From: a virus
Taxonomy: Duplodnaviria > Caudoviricetes
IMG/VR virus record: IMGVR_UViG_3300003972_000099
Span: 1-27,099 of that record
Length of the DNA: 27,099 nt
Strand: one strand, 5' to 3'
The stretch's first letter is position 1, and each line of letters starts with the position of its first letter. This document shows, in pieces, positions 24,313 to 27,099 of the stretch. Both the position numbers and the translations under genes were made by a program. The notes under the pieces are model-generated. The model made no database searches. It saw only the letters and a list, made by a program, of their open reading frames with translations, and was not told the origin of the DNA.

Positions 24313-24344
24313 GAAAAGCCCCGGTTTTTATACCGGGGCTTTTC
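24313..24344 (-). terminator. Intrinsic terminator ending the small-gene cluster (probably bidirectional)
   Basis: GAAAAGCCCCGGT-ATAAAA-ACCGGGGCTTTTC, 13-bp perfect inverted repeat. Confidence 0.92.
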
Positions 24345-24354
24345 CCACGTTCCG

Positions 24355-24498
24355 TTACCAGAAGAAGATGTAGTTGTTCTTTGGGTCAATACCAGAGACA
24401 AGGTAATATGGGGTGTACGTGTCTTCCTCGGTCACTGTGACCCGCTTGACGATCTTTCCGTTTTCGTCAAAAGACTCTGTTACGGTCGTTTTCTTCAC
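24355..24498 (-). CDS. Hypothetical protein (47 aa); below the ORF-track cutoff
   Basis: MKKTTVTESFDENGKIVKRVTVTEEDTYTPYYLVSGIDPKNNYIFFW; GTGA overlap; ends just before the terminator. Confidence 0.7.
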   Translation of the reverse strand: MKKTTVTESFDENGKIVKRVTVTEEDTYTPYYLVSGIDPKNNYIFFW

Positions 24499-24752
24499 TC
24501 TTCCAGCACCTCCGGTAATGGGTTCTTTTGCTTCTGTTTAAACGGTACTTTCAGCACGTCTACCCGTCGAGCGTTGTAGATGAACTTGCCATCTTCGCTC
24601 CTGATGTACCGATTGCCGCTGACCCAGCCATTATGCACCGAAAACCGGCCGTCGTCCACGATTTCGCTGGGGTCAAGTCCCTCGCCTTTTAAGAACTCTA
24701 ACAAGGCTTCACGCTTTTCTTGTGTCATGTATTGTGCCGTTAGCCTGGTCAT
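24495..24752 (-). CDS. Hypothetical protein (85 aa)
   Basis: ATGA overlap with the upstream gene. Confidence 0.75.
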   Translation of the reverse strand: MTRLTAQYMTQEKREALLEFLKGEGLDPSEIVDDGRFSVHNGWVSGNRYIRSEDGKFIYNARRVDVLKVPFKQKQKNPLPEVLEE

Positions 24753-24886
24753 AGAATCACCGGCCTTTCACCGCAGTAACCACACCGACCGAGCCGAACG
24801 TACGCCAGAACGGTCCATTCGCGGCAACAGTACGCCTTGGTCACGATGAGGACAGTGTTCCCGATGCGCAGTTCTTCGGTGACCAT
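24749..24886 (-). CDS. Hypothetical Cys-rich protein (45 aa; CC...CxxC)
   Basis: Start moved to ATG 24886 (TGATG overlap, GGAGG SD): MVTEELRIG...YCCREW...CGYCGE. Confidence 0.7.
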   Translation of the reverse strand: MVTEELRIGNTVLIVTKAYCCREWTVLAYVRLGRCGYCGERPVIL

Positions 24887-25125
24887 CAGACGATCCCTCC
24901 TTCGCTCAAACGTGCTCTCAGCACCCATCTGAATCCCTGGTGCGTGTTCTTGGCAATCAGTGCAGCACCACACTTGGCACAGATGAGTCGAGCGCCTTCC
25001 GGGGTTCCTGGTAGTGGTTCTGTCTCGTGAACGTGCGGTTCGTAGTCTCGCGGGTCGTAGTCCAACGTGTAGCCCTCGGGCACCCAAGCGGGTGTTTTCT
25101 TCTTACGCGGTCGTCCCATCATCAC
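24886..25125 (-). CDS. Hypothetical protein with GRPRK (AT-hook-like) and HxH/CxxC motifs
   Basis: Overlap-coupled at both ends; exact start among 25125, 25122 and 25119 uncertain. Confidence 0.7.
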   Translation of the reverse strand: MMMGRPRKKKTPAWVPEGYTLDYDPRDYEPHVHETEPLPGTPEGARLICAKCGAALIAKNTHQGFRWVLRARLSEGGIV

Positions 25126-25280
25126 TCCATCAGGTCCAGGTATCGGTATCCAAGTTCAATCATGTGCAGCGTGTCAGCAAGTACGTCTGCCAAACTAGCG
25201 GTTGCTCGCTGTTCGGCCGGATATTCTAGCGCGTCAACCAGCATCAAATACGTGTCACGTAGTAGTTCTTGCGCATACAT
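25122..25280 (-). CDS. Hypothetical protein (52 aa); below the ORF-track cutoff
   Basis: MYAQELLRDTYLMLVDALEYPAEQRATASLADVLADTLHMIELGYRYLDLME; TGATG-coupled, GAGGA SD. Confidence 0.72.
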   Translation of the reverse strand: MYAQELLRDTYLMLVDALEYPAEQRATASLADVLADTLHMIELGYRYLDLME

Positions 25281-25543
25281 CAATTCTTGTCCTCAATATT
25301 GATTCTAGCGTTCTCGATATACCTGCGGGTCAGTTCTACTGCCCACGTTCTCTCACCGATCTCCGGCACATCCGTGAAGTAGTATTCACCCGCGTAGTTA
25401 CCCGCAAATGTCTCAGTTACGAACGCAGCGTCCAACTCGCGCCAGTTACCCGGTCCGAAGAACTTATCAGCCCTTGCAATAGCGGCTGCCTCCAAACCCG
25501 ACTTTGTGCTACTTACTACCGTTACTCGAAACTCGTGATTCAT
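25280..25543 (-). CDS. Hypothetical protein (87 aa)
   Basis: Start moved to ATG 25543 (ATGA overlap, AGGAGG SD; MNHEFRV). Confidence 0.75.
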   Translation of the reverse strand: MNHEFRVTVVSSTKSGLEAAAIARADKFFGPGNWRELDAAFVTETFAGNYAGEYYFTDVPEIGERTWAVELTRRYIENARINIEDKN

Positions 25544-25887
25544 TCTTCCTCCTGCTCCATAAACTCGTCGCGGTTCCTCACTAGGAACCACGGCGGACCA
25601 AACGGAGAGAACCGACGCCGGGTGTTAGTCAGAAACACAGCGTTACGCCAACCGTCTGAATCCTCTGGTCCTGTCCGCTCGATTATCTTTTTGCCGTTCT
25701 CATCGAGAATGAACTCTCGGTAGATCAGGAACGGCCAGCGATAGTCCATGCCATCAACAGCGATATTGCTCGGGTCAAACCCGCGCTTCTTCCACCAGTC
25801 GATCAGGCTGTCCGTTCCGGGAGCAGACCAGCGAACCTTGTACCTTGTCACTTCTCGTCCTTCATCTTGCTCATAGCGCATCCCCAT
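25540..25887 (-). CDS. Hypothetical protein (115 aa)
   Basis: TGATG overlap; (GGA)n SD. Confidence 0.78.
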   Translation of the reverse strand: MGMRYEQDEGREVTRYKVRWSAPGTDSLIDWWKKRGFDPSNIAVDGMDYRWPFLIYREFILDENGKKIIERTGPEDSDGWRNAVFLTNTRRRFSPFGPPWFLVRNRDEFMEQEEE

Positions 25888-26159
25888 CAGTCCTCCTCCT
25901 CCTCCTTTATCAGCAGACGACGCAGCGACTTAACCTTGATCCCACGCTTCGGTCTCGGGCCAAACGAGGCCCATGCTGCCGGGAGGGAGATCGGCCAGAA
26001 AAGCGCCATTGCGGTGTGAATCAACACATCTGTGTCGCTAACACCGTTGTCCCCGAAATTATCGCGCCACCAACGCAGGGTAGCGCGTGCCGAAACGACA
26101 GCAATAAAAAACCACGCTACTACTGCTAATGCGAGCGATACCCAAATCACGTTATTCAT
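25887..26159 (-). CDS. Hypothetical membrane protein (90 aa)
   Basis: Start moved to ATG 26159 (ATGA overlap, GGGAGG SD); two hydrophobic segments, ALFWPISL motif. Confidence 0.75.
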   Translation of the reverse strand: MNNVIWVSLALAVVAWFFIAVVSARATLRWWRDNFGDNGVSDTDVLIHTAMALFWPISLPAAWASFGPRPKRGIKVKSLRRLLIKEEEED

Positions 26160-26293
26160 TCTTCCTCCCACATCTTGTCGTATACGTCGCGTGAAACTAC
26201 AATGACCCCGAGGTCTTCGAGAGCAACCTCTGGGTGCAGCATGAGGTAGACCCATACCGCTTCGTACAATTCATCGTTCACGATGATGTCCAT
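26156..26293 (-). CDS. Hypothetical acidic protein (45 aa); below the ORF-track cutoff
   Basis: MDIIVNDELYEAVWVYLMLHPEVALEDLGVIVVSRDVYDKMWEEE; GGAGGAGG SD. Confidence 0.72.
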   Translation of the reverse strand: MDIIVNDELYEAVWVYLMLHPEVALEDLGVIVVSRDVYDKMWEEE

Positions 26294-26460
26294 CCTTCCT
26301 CCTCCACCACGAGTCTCCAAGCGTCTTCCACTAAGCCATAACCCAGGTTCTCAGCCGCGATGCTGATTGCATCATCTGTCAGGGACACACCAAGTTCCTC
26401 GTCTGATACTGTCGCCCCATTCTCAAGGCGCAGAATCACCTTCACGTCAACTGTTGTCAT
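26278..26460 (-). CDS. Hypothetical acidic protein (60 aa), leaderless
   Basis: ATG 6 nt after TGCTAGGGT; no SD. Confidence 0.75.
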   Translation of the reverse strand: MTTVDVKVILRLENGATVSDEELGVSLTDDAISIAAENLGYGLVEDAWRLVVEEEGWTSS

Positions 26461-26466
26461 GGGTCC

Positions 26467-26475
26467 ACCCTAGCA
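26467..26475 (-). promoter_or_regulatory. Extended -10 box TGCTAGGGT (small-gene cluster, leaderless)
   Basis: 6 nt before ATG 26460. Confidence 0.65.
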
Positions 26476-26574
26476 GTCGGTGCAGGTGCGTGCGAGAGCC
26501 ATCTCAGGATTTGAGACACTACGTTCTCATGCCGTCGATGTGGCAATAAGTTCCCGCTGACGGCGAGGAGGCAG

Positions 26575-26615
26575 ATACGCGCGCGTATACGCGAAAAAAT
26601 TTGAAAATTAAAAAT
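26575..26615. repeat. Overlapping perfect palindromes followed by an A/T tract
   Basis: ATACGCGCGCGTAT (26575-26588), CGCGTATACGCG (26582-26593), then 22 bp with a single G. Confidence 0.7.
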
Positions 26616-26631
26616 CTGTCCGTGGGTACAG

Positions 26632-26706
26632 AAAACCCCCAGGCAGCCCGTAGGCATCTGGGGGTCCAACGCGCTGTCGGCTTCTGCGGAGGGCGCGTTG
26701 TTCTCT
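26632..26706 (-). ncRNA. Candidate 75-nt two-hairpin small RNA (second hairpin is terminator-like)
   Basis: TGCTACACT (26713-26721) 6 nt upstream; stem CAACGCGC/GCGCGUUG with loop starting CCUCC; stem ACCCCCAG/CUGGGGGU with cUACGg loop and U tail. Confidence 0.5.
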
Positions 26707-26712
26707 GCCGTC

Positions 26713-26721
26713 AGTGTAGCA
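26713..26721 (-). promoter_or_regulatory. Extended -10 box TGCTACACT (candidate sRNA 2 promoter)
   Basis: Intergenic, CGTG context shared with several other boxes; no start codon follows. Confidence 0.6.
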
Positions 26722-26752
26722 CGAGGGCCAAGTCGAAAACTTGGGTCTGCAC

Positions 26753-26965
26753 CTACTGCGTAACAGTCTTGGTCTCCCAATCGAAGTAGGGAGGACTCAA
26801 GTAGCCCAACTGCATCAAGAACCACATCGTGAAAGGCATTCTTTCATCATCTAGGTGCTCGGGAATGTAGCGCTCCCTGAAAGACCGATCGCACGACATC
26901 GCAAGTTCTTCGAGTCGGTTCGGTTTGTGCATCTTACTGAGGTAGATCTCAAGTTCAGTAGCCAT
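26753..26965 (-). CDS. Hypothetical protein (70 aa), leaderless
   Basis: ATG 6 nt after TGCTATGCT; no SD. Confidence 0.72.
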   Translation of the reverse strand: MATELEIYLSKMHKPNRLEELAMSCDRSFRERYIPEHLDDERMPFTMWFLMQLGYLSPPYFDWETKTVTQ

Positions 26966-26971
26966 GGGGTC

Positions 26972-26980
26972 AGCATAGCA
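26972..26980 (-). promoter_or_regulatory. Extended -10 box TGCTATGCT (leaderless)
   Basis: 6 nt before ATG 26965. Confidence 0.7.
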
Positions 26981-27099
26981 CGTGGCTGGCTACCACGGCG
27001 TTCGGTGGGAATCGGGTGTGGGGCCACTGTCGGGATTTTGGCAACTTGGGTGTATGGGTACACCCGCCCCCCCGCCTCCGACCCCCCATGCATCAATCC

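Noticed and set aside
8050-24344. Near-identical arms (GAAAAGCCCC..GGGGCTTTTC) of the terminators at 8050 and 24313 as a mobile repeat
   Set aside because: This is a common terminator stem sequence; the loops differ and there is no flanking similarity
26457-26825. 122-aa - strand ORF spanning the control region
   Set aside because: Overlaps the 70-aa gene out of frame, crosses a terminator-like hairpin, palindromes and two promoter boxes, and has no protein-like features
26851-27096. 81-aa - strand ORF at the right edge
   Set aside because: Pro/Arg-rich low-complexity translation overlapping the better supported leaderless gene and its promoter

Overview
A 27 kb piece of a tailed dsDNA siphovirus genome. 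The host is probably an actinobacterium (inferred from gene families, the class 3 terminase intein and promoter style). Essentially all genes are on the - strand. In reading order (right to left): a non-coding control region; about 11 small, tightly coupled hypothetical genes; a three-gene membrane cassette; a low-GC fibre-like gene plus metallophosphoesterase; an HTH-metallophosphoesterase; M15 endolysin; holin; small terminase; large terminase with a class 3 intein; portal; protease/scaffold; cement protein; major capsid; head-tail connectors; two tandem paralogous tail-tube genes; tail assembly chaperone with a -1 frameshift; tape measure; and two minor tail genes, the last running off the left edge and missing from the ORF track. 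The most notable unexplained structure is regulatory. Extended -10 boxes (TGnTAnnnT) sit at many gene junctions, and five lie exactly 6 nt before a leaderless ATG. Two others lie the same 6 nt before short two-hairpin, U-tailed non-coding units (11316-11397 and 26632-26706) whose loops expose anti-Shine-Dalgarno CCUCC motifs. These are candidate phage-encoded anti-SD small RNAs, and the first is complementary over 8-10 nt to the GGAGGAAG ribosome-binding sites of three small genes at the right end. All calls are by eye; no database search or folding program was run.
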